The translations under genes and the position numbers were made by a program. This document shows, piece by piece, positions 51,201 through 62,198 of a DNA stretch of 64,000 nucleotides. The stretch is from Amoebophrya sp. A120 (lineage: Eukaryota; Protista; Dinoflagellata): assembly GCA_905178155.1 (NCBI GenBank), contig CAJINV010000016.1, positions 186,001 to 250,000 on the forward strand, written 5' to 3'. The notes beneath the pieces are model-generated. The model was given only the letters and a program-made list of their open reading frames with translations. It ran no database searches and was not told the origin of the DNA. Numbering within the stretch: position 1 is the stretch's first letter; every line of letters begins with the position of its first letter.

Positions 51201-54200
51201 TTGACCGGAGGGCGTGTTTGACGACATTGACAGCTCGCTGAAAGTTTTCTCAACCACTGAGACCTCGTCTGGGTGGTGCAGCGGATCCTCGTCCGCCGAG
51301 CTGTCGACCGTATCTGCGCGCTATCCTGTGCAAAAACGTCGCCCCCATCCCAGAGATATGATCATGCAAGTTCGCATGCCTGCACGTGCAATGCTTCCCA
51401 TGCGCAGCCACATGAGACCGAGAGGTATCTTCTCAACATGTTATTTTGGATTTTCAATTTGTCATGCTACTGTCCGGATAACGTGATCGATTTCTGGTGC
51501 GGCTGCTGTAGCTAGCCGCGACCTGCACTCCTGCGTTACAGATCGAAAGAACTCGTCACGTGTGAGTCCCAAAACTCCTGGCTTTGTGATGCAGATTAGA
51601 TTTCGCATCTTGACTCTGGTCGTGTGGGGACGTCTTTACACAGGATACCCAGCAACGTGTCTCCCCATGATCCAGGCCAAAAGTAGAGACGCATAATTCA
51701 TCTCCCTCGCATTCGAGCGTGAACAGCGAGCCGGGTGCCGTTCCCTCGGCCGGTTCGGGCTGAGGTTCCGCCTCCGTTCCGGCAGTTCGTACGCGGTCCA
51801 AAGGAGGCGCAGCTTCGGGAGAAGCGGCACCTCCACCTCCTACTTGGTCCATTTCTTTCGGAGCATCAACGGCACTCGCCCCTCCACCGCCGTCAACTAC
51901 TTCTACGCCAGCGTCCTGCATGTCCCAGAGATCGGCCCGGAGCTGGGCCAAGATGCTTTCTCGTTCGTCCCTGCGCGTTTTGATACCGCCAACGGTACTC
52001 CAGTTGACGTTTTGCAAAGTCTCGCTGAACTTTGAGAACATTTCTTTGTCCGCCGCCCGCTTCGCGTCCGTGACCTTCGTTCTGCTCGACGGAACTACCC
52101 CGGACGCCGAAGACGGCACAGCACCAGAAGAGGCGGGGATGATCCCCCCGACGCCCCCGGCAACAGCGGCTTGGAGGTGTGCTTGTTGCCGCGGTTCACG
52201 ACGAGAGGCAGACGGAGCACGAGGACCGCGACTGCTCCCAGTAGTGCCTCGACGACCCCGCTGGTGTCCCCTACTTCGACCGCTTCTCGAGGAAGAAGAA
52301 GACGCGGACCTGCTCCTGTCGGCAGCATTAGCCGACGGCACGCTATGAAAGTGCACAACTCGACGACGTCTCACAACTCCCCCTCATTTGATGATGTAGT
52401 CATGCAGAACAAATTTTTTGCCGAGTCCAGATCTTTTTCCTTGAAGGAGCGCTGTTCTTCGCAACATCACAGGGTCAATATCATAGCGGAAAGACCTCGG
52501 CCAGGAGTAAGACTACAAGAATGATCCGTGATATAATCCCTATTTGTCATGCGAGGGCTAGTACATCTTGCGGCCCGTCATGCCCTTCAAATCAAGGGGT
52601 GGAGGACGAGGTGCTGCTGTGCATTCTCCTACTCGCCGTACGGTTCCGTTTCGTCAGAGGGCATGTTCCCAGGCGCGCCGCTGCCATAAGCCGGCGAAGA
52701 CAAACAGGCAAACGGGTCCGCTGCGGGTGGATGCTCTTGATGGTGAGCGGAAGTTGTATACCCGCCACGACCACGGCGGGTATACACGGCCACGGCCGTG
52801 GGCGAATAAGCGACCGGCTGGGATGAACGCGCCGGCGCCGGCACCACGCTTCCAATTCCGGCCGGTACTAGCTCTTGTTGTACATGTTGTTGGCTGCTCC
52901 AACTTCCGACTCTCGTCTGAAAAAAGAGGCTCGCAGGTACCAACGCGTACACAAACTGCACGCCCGGGGCGGTAACAAAGGTCCTCGTCCCTTGGTCGTT
53001 TTGGTTCCACTGCAATGGGTGTTGCTGAGGATACAACATCTGGCCCTGCTGCTGCTGCTGCTGCGGGGCTCGTCCGCTGCCTTCCTGATGGTAAAAAGCA
53101 GACTGGCCTTGGTTGTACGGTGTGGCAGCAGAGGCGTGCTGACCTTGTTGAAGATCCTGGTGTTGCTGTTGACCCGGAAACGTGTTCATTGTCCCACCAA
53201 GACGACCACCCTGGTGCTGGTCTCTTGCTTGCTGTTGTGTCCTACCGTGAGCAACAAACGCCTTCCAACTTGTGGCGGCGTCCCAAAGCACTTTTTCCGC
53301 ACGCCAATGCTTCTGCACGCTGCTTGCCAGAGAAGAACCCGACACCGTCGGCAAAATGGCTGTCCGGATCCGGTCGGTCAAATGAAACCTCGCCTCCTCG
53401 TTGTTCGTTGCCCTGGCTTCGCCTTCGGCCCGCAAAGCGAACGCAAGTTGTGGGTGTGGAGCGAACAGGTTCGCTTTATTCCTATGGAGTTCCCAAGCGT
53501 TACGCTTTCAACTGCTTATTACATGAACTTGTGACGGCGCCAGAATAGCAAAAGTGAACAACGTCAAGGAGACCTTGCATAATACAGATTTGGAGGTCCG
53601 GATAATTCTGATGCGCTTTTTTAGTGCGTGGATGCCGCGTTATCATGCCAACAAGAAGCTTGATCGTGTGCAGTTGTGTGGGCATGATCATAGTAATTCC
53701 GCGTGACAAAGACAAATCATGTAACAGTTGACTCCGTGTACCGTTTGAGAATCCCATATCCCTGGAGAAGGGCGCCGAATATCTGGCGCAGTGTTGTTTT
53801 ATTCTCCGTTCTGCTCACCAGCGTCGGCTGCAAAACGAGAGCGAAGAAGAGCTGCATGACCGCCATCGGGGCGGCGTTTTGCAGGATGCGGCCGTACAAG
53901 AGTTTGAGTTCCACGTCCGGCACACCACCAACCCTTCCGGTTCCGAAGACTGCCGCTGCGTCAAAAAATAAATCCACCTTCAGTTCGGGAGCCACCGGGC
54001 GCTGGTGAAGAAAGCGAAAAATCTGCTTCCTAGTGAAAACCAAGTCCAGCGTCGCGCCAGCTGGTGGCGGACCTTCGAGGTAGGTATCCCAGGTATCCTG
54101 TGCAAAAGTATCGCACTCGTAGTTGTAATTGCAATCCTGCATGACAAGCCTACTTACCTTTTTAACTGGATTAGCATTAAAAATAAAAATTTGTGATAAA

Positions 54201-57200
54201 ATTTGTAATGCAATTTATACTAGCACGATTGCGATACTTTTGCAATGCATACCAGAAGCCCTGCAGCAAGAGTTGAAGTTCGAACGCGTTGTTTTGCTGA
54301 AAGAAGCGCAGTAGGCCGTACTGCGAAAGCCACGTCCGAACGGTGATGTAGACCAAGTTCAGCTTGCCTGTCAGCACGACAGGATCATTAGAAGCCGCTG
54401 CGAGGCCAGGCGCGGCTGGGACCCCGGCGCCAGTGGCAGATTCCTCTTGTGGATGTGGTGCGCCGATCCAGAACCTCCTCATGGTTTTCTCCGCCGGTGA
54501 CACAGAAACATTCTGCCACAGCACGCTCCGCAGAAAGAACGGCTCGAAAACTTTCGCTGCGTAATGTGACGGGGAGAACAATATTACAGAAGTGGGGGTG
54601 GTGGAAAGAGCGTGTGGCTGCCCTGCTGGTGGTGGCGGTGGTGGGCTCGTGATCTGCTGCTGTCCTCGTCCGTCGAGCACTGTGGCGGGGCGCTCTTGTA
54701 GTGCGGGAAATACAGGGATCTGAATCCCGTCCTTGTCGCCCACTGTTCTCACCGAAAGCAACACAGTGTACTTCCGGAGGTGCTGTTTGCGCAATTGCTT
54801 TATGCATTGCAAGCAAAAGAGAAGTCGACGTAAAACTCGTACAAATGCCAGCAGTCTTACTACACGACAGTAAATATTTTCCTGAGTCTGCATATAATTT
54901 ATACCATTTACATTTTGGCTTTTCCCTTTCAAAAAAAAAAAAAACTTTTACGACGCAACTAGCACTGGTACGTCGAACATCATGCTTTTGCGATGCATAC
55001 GCTTCGGCACAAACCAATTGGTCCACTTCGTGAGAAACGAGCAGCCTGGGCGATCCCACAGCTGCCCCAGTTTTTTCAGCATGCGCTGCCGGATGCTACC
55101 CCGGTACCGGTCCTTGCGCACCACGGAGGCGATTAAGTGCGCCAAGTAGCTGTGCGAATCCTGCCGCACGCGGGGAACTTGCAAGCGCGCCCGCTGGGCG
55201 GCGCGAGATTCAGGCCCGGCGGAAGTAGGGGCAGAAGATGCAAGACGGCCTTGCCGGTCCACTGGTCCACCCTGCTGCTGCGGTTGAGAAGCGGCGGCAA
55301 CCGCCCCCGAAGCAGAGCCGTTCCTGCGCGAGGAGGGCCCCGCGCGGCTGCGGCGGCCCACCCCCGGCACTGCTTGAGCATGTTGTTGTGGTTATCCTGA
55401 GTAAAAACGTACCCACACCAGAGTCAGGATGGGGATTTTGCAACACAAACCTAGGAGTTTTAGGAGTCACGCATGACAAGTGTCAGTCCGTAAGGTAGTG
55501 CAAGTTAGCAAGGAAAGCCGCATCACAAATCGACCTTCTGATCCTGTTTACAGCATTACAAGTTCCCAAACACGATTGAAAATGCCTGCCATGGGGTTGC
55601 GCATCACAAATGTTCCTGTCATGGCAAATCTGCATGACAACTCTGGGGTGGGGACGTTTTTACACAGGATAGTGGTGCTGCAGATCGTCCGCCAGAAAGT
55701 GTAGCGTCCAGCCGGGCCTTTGCGCGACGGGCAGCTTGTCTTCCCGACTTATGAACTGCAAAAGTATCGTACTCGTATAAATGCATTACAAATTTTCTCA
55801 GCATGAGAAATAAAATCTGTAATGCTGATTTGCCTTGACAAAAAAATTTGTAATGCAAGACCTGCATTTATACGAGTACGGTACTTTTGCATTTCATACG
55901 CCTCCGTCAGCAGCGATGTGAATTCCCCGTCCTTCCCGTAGGAGCCGGTTACGGACCGGGTCAGGATTGCAGCGACTTTTTCTGTATGCATTGCAAAAGT
56001 ATCGTACTAGTGGAAATGGCATGACAAATTTGAGTAGCATGACAAATGAAATTTGTAATGCAGATTTACCTTAGGAAGCAGATTTGTATTGCATGATTGC
56101 AACTGGTACGAGTACGATACTTTTGCAAAGCATATTCTGCCCGCCATTCCTCGCCGTGGCCGCCAACGGCGGAGGTGCGCCGCGTGTTTCTATCAAATGT
56201 AAAAATGTCTGGGTCTGGAAGGCGGCAGCTTGTCATGGTAAATCTGAAGCATGCAAAAATCTGTGTTGCATGAGTGCCAAAAGCTGTCCACTTTTGACCA
56301 AGCTGGACGGGAGTTTCTCATGCAGGTTAGGCATGGCAGAGACCTCGCAGAGTCTGTCATGCTAAGTCCCACATTCCAGACCTCATAGGTCATGGAAAAT
56401 CTGCATGACAAGTTTGAACTTTTCCAGACCCAGACACTTTGCATTTGATAGTTTCCCATGTGCCCCAACTTCTCAGCGTGTGTCCAACCCGGGAGAGCCG
56501 CACGAATCCGCCGCCCAACGTCTGCCTCGGTCGTGGTGCTGCTCGTCTCGCCGTCTTGCGCATCGTCTTATCCTGTGGAAAAACGTCCCCACCCCCGGGC
56601 TGTCATGCAGATTTGCAATTCCAGGAACGCTAGTAATGCGCATTCACAAGAAGACAGGCATTCTCAGTGGTGCTTTTGGATCTGTAATGCTGCAAACAGG
56701 ATTATAGGGCGGTGGCTTCGTGATACGGCTCCTGTCCTTGCTCTTAGAAACGTGAATATATATAATTGCAATAATTACAGCGGCAAAGACCTTGTCAACA
56801 TGCGTGACTGCCAAAACTTCCGGACTTGTGTTGCAGAGATATTAATTTTTCCAACTTGTACTTGACTATGGGGCAGCTGGGGACGTAGCTTTTCCTCAGG
56901 ATACATCTACTGTGATGGGTGGAGATGAAGGCCCGCGGATGGAATCCAAAAACTTCAGAAAGGACGTCTGCATCAGAAAGATGCGCGGGTCCAGTCTGAG
57001 CCTGATTTTTTGCTCCCCCTGTGGAGGAGCATCTGTGCCTGCGCTCGCCGCCGCACCTACACTTGTAGCCTCGAGCTGGATACCCTCCAGAACGGATTCA
57101 CCGCTAGATTTCTCCTTGTGCAAAAGCTGCAGCAGCTCGAACACGCGAGTTTGCAGTCGCTGCAGTTTTTTTCCGTAGGTATTATCACGACGCGTATAAT

Positions 57201-59358
57201 CCGATGTGGCGGCGTAGGTGCGCAGCGTGGAGGTTTCCGGAATGCGGAGGCCGACAACTTGGCGACTCGAAGAGAATTGTTGTCGTTGCGCAGCAGCGAC
57301 CTCTGCTGCTTCGCTTTCTTGGTGCCACATGGCTCTGTCGAGCACCGTCAGGGCGGACGAGTCGGGCGGCGCACTGCTCCCAGGAGCACGACCAGGAAAA
57401 CCTCCACCTCCTCCAGGCTGTTGTCTCAGTTGTACCCCCTGCGGTGGCAGACCGAAAGAAAAATTATTTTCGAGGAACAATTCCAGTACTATCTCGGAAT
57501 CCAGGCCTGCGGATATTGTGAGGAAAAATCCCCCCTCCCCATACCAAACCGGGATACTTCTGAAAATTTGTGATGCTGATTTGAGACCGCCACTCGTCGC
57601 TGTATTGCATGAAGGCAAATCTACAGGCTCCGAGCGCGTAGGCCGAAACCTGTCTACTCAGGCTTGATATGGGCCTGCAGTCCTCGCCAGCAAGACAAAT
57701 CTGATTTGTGTACACAAATCCAGCATCAGACACATCGTTTTGATATGGGGAGGGGGGATTTTTCCTTACGATAGCGGACATACTAGTCGGACTCGTGATC
57801 ACCATGTGTCTCGGGTCGGATAAGTGGCCAAAGTGCCATTTGTGTTCCCGGAAGAGCCAGGTGAAATACAGTTCGATGATGCCCTGCAAATCGTAGTCCG
57901 CTTGCGTCGGTTCGATGGCGTCTCGCAGCTTATGCACTGCAAACATGTCTGAGTCTGGGTCTCCTGAAAATCCCTGTAATGCACCACCAAGCATATTAAC
58001 AGATTTTATCGTTGCTTTTTCATTCCTAATCCTATTCGTTTCCCGCATGAAGAGAAACTGCGTTTTTGCAAGACAGGCATCAAGAGGACCTCCTCCTGGT
58101 CGGTGCGCACTACAGAGCTTAGACCAGCAAAGCTATAATAGCTATGCCAGACTAGCATGACAAAAAATATCACAGTCTTTCAGACGTCGATCCGGACATA
58201 TTTTTGCAGTGGATACAGCTGCTGTGTTGTCCAAAGCGGGACGCGGTAGAATTGCTGTTGCCGCGAGTTTGGTATGCATTGAAAGTATGTCTGGGTCTGG
58301 AAACTTGTGATGCTGAATGGCCAAAATTGAACAGCAGCAGTCTTCTTTCTTAGTGCAGTTGCCAAGCATGACAAGTATTATGGGCGCCCCTTCATGGTGC
58401 ATAGCGCGCATTACAAAGACAGAGACAAACTCCAGTTTTGCATGACAAAAAGGGTCGTCGCGCTTGTGTTAGTCATGCAACGCAGACTCTACAGGAATTA
58501 CACGACGAGACAAGCAATACAAGTTCCACTTGCAACATCATCCCAGACCCAGATATAACATTTGCACTGCATACTTGCCTGCTGGCCTCCTCGCCGGGGT
58601 CCTCCTCCAGCTGCGTCGGTTCGTCTTGCTGATCCTGCCTCTTGCGACTGTGCTCTGCGCCCTGGTTGCGCTCGCGCTTGCTGGTGGGGTCGAAAAGATG
58701 AAGATCCGTCGCCCTCCAAATGAACGCGCTGGAGCGCTTCTTGTAGCTCTTGAACGGTAGAGGCCGCGGGTCCTTCCGCTTGTCGTCCTGGCGGCTGCGC
58801 CGGTTCTGTTCCGCTTCCGCCCGAGGGTGCACCAGTCGGTTGCTGCGGCTGACGCTGAGTGTCCTCTTGTTGTTGCGAAGTAGCGCCACGTGCTGCTTGA
58901 CTGGTCCCTCCTGCTGTTGGAGGTCCCAGCACTGTCGGGGGACCGGCGGGTGCGGGTTGTTGTGACAGATTTTGCCGAGAGTCGTGATCCAATCGCCCCT
59001 TCACATGTTGCACTGCCGCCGAGGCGGGGCTTCTTGATGTTCTTCTACGCGAGGAAGCAGCCGCGCTGGAGTTTCTTGTTCTACTACGCCCCGGCCCCGT
59101 ACGTCCACCATCACCACGACGAGGATCAATATCCCGCTGCGGAGTACTAGAAGCAGCGGTCACAGCAAGGACTGGCCGAACAACCGAACTCGTCGCGATG
59201 AAAGAACTAAGGGGTAGTTCAAATAAACCAGCCGAAATAAGAAAACGTCCCAGTAAAACTAGCTGTGCCAAGGCGGACGTATGAAACCGCGAGGACCTCC
59301 ACAGCGCGGAGCCGACGTTCCGCCGAGAAGCAGGCGCAGGTCGTACTAGCGGTGCCAT
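42266..59358 (-). CDS. Very large (about 3600 aa) hypothetical protein with N-terminal hydrophobic segment, 25 exons
   Basis: ATG at 59358 (MAPLVRP..LAQLVLLGRFLISAGLF). I traced 24 consecutive element junctions with the frame preserved, ending at the stop at 42266. No domain recognised. Confidence 0.65.
43463..43786. mobile_element. Diverged introner, DR decayed, GT-AG compatible
   Basis: TATGCATTGCA..TCTGGA / TCCAGA..TGCATCGTGGATA; frame restored. Confidence 0.7.
44087..44349. mobile_element. Introner family C
   Basis: Family C TIR; DR TCCCG. Confidence 0.9.
44510..44839. mobile_element. Introner, G-related family
   Basis: TATCAGGGTGCAC / GTGCACTCTCATA; DR TTCGG/TTCGA. Confidence 0.82.
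44956..45319. mobile_element. Introner family J, DR decayed
   Basis: TATCCTGAGTAAAAACGTCC / GGACGTTTCTGCGCAGGATA; frame restored. Confidence 0.78.
46962..47223. mobile_element. Introner family C
   Basis: Family C TIR; DR TTCCG. Confidence 0.9.
47271..47425. mobile_element. Introner family A
   Basis: Family A TIR; DR CGTCT. Confidence 0.9.
47564..47711. mobile_element. Introner family A (opposite orientation to 47271)
   Basis: Family A TIR; DR TCACT. Confidence 0.9.
47762..48075. mobile_element. Introner family D
   Basis: Family D TIR; DR GCGAT. Confidence 0.9.
49462..49723. mobile_element. Introner family C
   Basis: Family C TIR; DR CTAGC. Confidence 0.9.
49838..50110. mobile_element. 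Introner, C-related family
   Basis: TATGAACTGCAAATAT / ATATTTGCAATGCATA; DR TCTCT/CCTCT. Confidence 0.86.
50158..50363. mobile_element. Introner family K
   Basis: TIR core AGAAAAAA(A)GTT.GTCAC..TCACT; DR GCCCC. Confidence 0.88.
51322..51647. mobile_element. Introner family J, DR decayed, GT-AG compatible
   Basis: TATCCTGTGCAAAAACGTC / GACGTCTTTACACAGGATA; frame restored. Confidence 0.8.
52344..52631. mobile_element. Introner family G (diverged; right end CTA)
   Basis: TATGAAAGTGCACA / TGTGCATTCTCCTA; DR CACGC/CTCGC. Confidence 0.78.
53483..53758. mobile_element. Introner family B (diverged), DR decayed
   Basis: TATGGAGTTCCCAAGCGTTAC / GTACCGTTTGAGAATCCCATA; removing the element plus 5 (or 2) nt restores the frame. 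Confidence 0.78.
54094..54251. mobile_element. Introner family A
   Basis: Family A TIR; DR CCAGG/CCAGA. Confidence 0.88.
54801..54999. mobile_element. Introner, diverged family A
   Basis: TATGCATTGCAA / TTGCGATGCATA; DR TGCTT/CGCTT. Confidence 0.82.
55393..55671. mobile_element. Introner family J
   Basis: TIR TATCCTG.GTAAAAACGT.CCCAC.CCAGAGT; DR GTGGT. Confidence 0.9.
55750..55898. mobile_element. Introner family A
   Basis: Family A TIR; DR CGACT/CGCCT. Confidence 0.88.
55985..56134. mobile_element. Introner family A
   Basis: Family A TIR; DR TTCTG. Confidence 0.9.
56191..56450. mobile_element. Introner family C
   Basis: Family C TIR; DR GTTTC. Confidence 0.9.
56569..56903. mobile_element. 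Introner family J
   Basis: TATCCTG.GGAAAA..ACGTCCCCA; DR CGTCT/CATCT. Confidence 0.85.
57507..57783. mobile_element. Family I element apparently converted to a GT-AG intron
   Basis: Inverted repeat AGGAAAAATCCCCCTCCCCATA at both ends; one terminus has lost its TAT; sense ACTA|GTATGT...CCGCAG|GC keeps the frame. Confidence 0.7.
57931..58215. mobile_element. Introner, C-related family
   Basis: TATGCACTGCAAA / TTTGCAGTGGATA; DR CAGCT. Confidence 0.88.
58273..58573. mobile_element. Introner family C, DR 3/5 match
   Basis: TCTGGGTCTGG core at both ends; flanks TTTGG/CTTGC; frame restored. Confidence 0.8.
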
Positions 59359-62198
59359 GATTACAGAGCTACAGGGTCCTCGGCGCTGCAGGTGGCTTGT
59401 TCTTCCTTCCTCTTTGACGTTGATGATCATGAGAATGTGAATGCTGCCAGGAAGAATTGTAAGTAAATGTTGTTTATTTTGGTGGTCGGATGGTGGAGAG
59501 GTTTTAGAAGACGACTCGGCCGCGTGCAAGCACAAAAAAGTTTCTTTATCCTTGAAGAAAAAGTTCGTACTTACACTTCTTGTAGACGAGAATAGTTGTA
59601 GTTGTAGTTTGCTCAAAACTGATGAACCATATGCATTTATCAGACACCACTAAGAACGACCGAGGAAGAACTTCTACTTCTTTGTGTTTTTGCACTACGA
59701 GTACTCCGTAGTTTTGATTTATCGTTTTATTGGAAAAGCAGAAGTTGAAAGTGCTACTACTTGTACTTCGTCAAGATCATACAAATAAACGAGCTTCTCC
59801 ACCCAGAGTAAGCGAAAACTTCCTTCAATTGACTGTTGATTGAGGTTGCAATCACGCAAATACTCGGAACATCCACTTCCGCTAGTTATCAAAGAGAAAA
59901 AGCAATGTCGAAAACCTCTTCGCTATCTACTTGATGATCGATGAAAACACTAAGTTTATTTTTGGGGAACACTTTTCACAAGGGGCAGTGTGAGTGTGTT
60001 TTAGGGAGTGTCTCTTGAAGATGGGTATGATTTAACAACTGAAAATGATCCTCCTCGTCGTACTCCTTGCTTCTAGTAGATCGCTTATTTATTTAGACTT
60101 GAAAAGTAGAGCTACAAGATAAACAAAGCGGATTTGTATCTGTATGTGTTCCCGATAAGGCAGTAAACAGTTTTACGTGTTTACTTGCGTCCAGGTTCAC
60201 AACCTGCAGTTCGAGTGTGTGTGTAGCGAAACAGTGTCAAGTCATCTTAAACGTTGACGGTGATTCTCGAAACTTATTCATACGATTTGCGAGCACTACC
60301 ATGCATCGGGGTGAACAATTCGGTCACCCTCTCGCGACGCCAGACATGATCTTGCCAAGATCTTCAGATCCGAATGTTGTGGTGACCGTGATCATGCTAC
60401 AGCAAATTTAACGAGTGTCGGCAGAGATACCGAACGGGAACGACCGAGCTCGTGTTGTATCATCTTTTCGCATCTTCGCATACGCATATCAGATACCGAT
60501 ACAACTTTTATCCAAAACAACAACCAGGGTGGTACCAACAACATTTTGTGATCCTTACAGTGCTCGTTCTTGATCCTCCTCTTCCAGAAGATCTGATTTT
60601 TTTCCAGTGCGACGCTTTTTTGATCCTCGTTCGAGTTGTGATCTTCGGATGAGTACTTATCGATGTCGAGCACTACTTCCACTTATCTGCTTAGGGGGGG
60701 GCAGAAGTTGCGGCCACATCTACAAAATCCGAGCTGTTTGGAACAACAAGAAGGCGAGGGAGACTGGAGGATAAAAACGATTCGCAAGAACAGTTTCGGT
60801 TTGCAAGATCCAGATGATAGATGAACACGGCTATAACAATTACTGACAAAGATTGGCGAGTTGTCATATGCAACGATAATGAAACACATCTAGATGTAGG
60901 TCGTTTATAAAAAAATGCGGGGGAAGTGATACTTTTTCTTCTTGTTGATCGTGTTGTCCTCGTCTTTTACATTGCACATGCGGCGTACAGCTCGATTTCT
61001 TTCGCTCCTCCGAAAAGAAATAACTGACCGCACAATTAAAAATACCTCCTGTAAAAACACAAGCAGGCGCTTTTTCTTCGAAACGAGGCGCAGACTACAG
61101 GACGACACGATGTTGATGATTAAGATTTACACGGCAAATAAACTTAATAAATTTAAAAAATATACGAATTGATTTCATTATCAAAGCACAAAAAAATCGG
61201 CGATGGGATTGAGACACTAAACTAGGAGATAAGGACGCAAATATTTAATTAGGGATATTTAGTTAGAGCTGGGGTACCGCCGTTGCCTGAACAACCCCAA
61301 ACGTGAGCTTGATCGGCGCTAAGACAAGACGTTGTGGCTCTGGCTTCAGATCTCCTTATTATGAGAGAAATACAACAATAAGCATAGCAAAGTAAACTAA
61401 CCATAAAAAACTAATGAAAAAAACTGAAAACCTTATTATATCGGTGACAAAAAGAAAATGTTGATGGGACTTGGAAGTTCGCAAACGTAATAAAGCTTCG
61501 GGGGGCTCCTCGTAGTACACTGTCTTTGCATTTCAGCACTAGAATGCCAGTATAACGACAACAAGTCGCCTTGATTACACTAATGCAAATGCTTCTTGGA
61601 AGATAGAAGACGACAAAGTTGTCAATATTCCTACAGCGCCTCTTCGAAAAATATTGCTATTTCGTACTTCCACTTCGTCTTGGTTTTTCCTTATTTCTCG
61701 CCTCCTCGCCCCGTTTCTGCCTGGCCAGCGCTACAGACTGGTTAATATTCAATTATGTTGCTTTTTTTGTAGAAGACGAGCGCAATACTTCTACAGCGCC
61801 TCGCCGAAGTTTTTTCGTGTTTCGCGCCTCATTTTAGAGCTGCCGCATTTATCGACTCCGCGCTACTGACTGGCGGCCAGCGCTACTTACACAAACACAC
61901 TCCAACATTTTTATGCGAAGGGGGATACCCATGTTCGCAGACGTCGGAATGGCAGTGAGTTTCTTGCTTTGATGTTTTTCGTCAAAGTAGTGCTAATAGT
62001 AGTTACCTCTTGCTTTACTGCTTTTGCACTGTTTTTCCATCTCTCTCTATGCTTTTGTACTTCTAACTTGTTGTAATTGTACTACTAGAGGAGCTCCTGC
62101 AAGTACAAGGGAGTCTCATCTTCGGTTTTTCTCATCGAAGATAGCTTGCTTGGTAGAGACGAAGAAGTAGACCTGAACCATTGCGAGGATGAAATCGG

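Noticed and set aside
52629-52631. Apparent stop codon splitting the large gene (also at 45289, 44779 and 56896)
   Set aside because: Each stop lies inside an element; the frame continues after excision, so no readthrough or recoding is needed.
1143-56134. Recurrent GCAAAAGTATCGTACTCGTA as a CRISPR repeat
   Set aside because: It occurs as inverted pairs bounding dispersed elements with TSDs, not as direct repeats with spacers; no cas genes.
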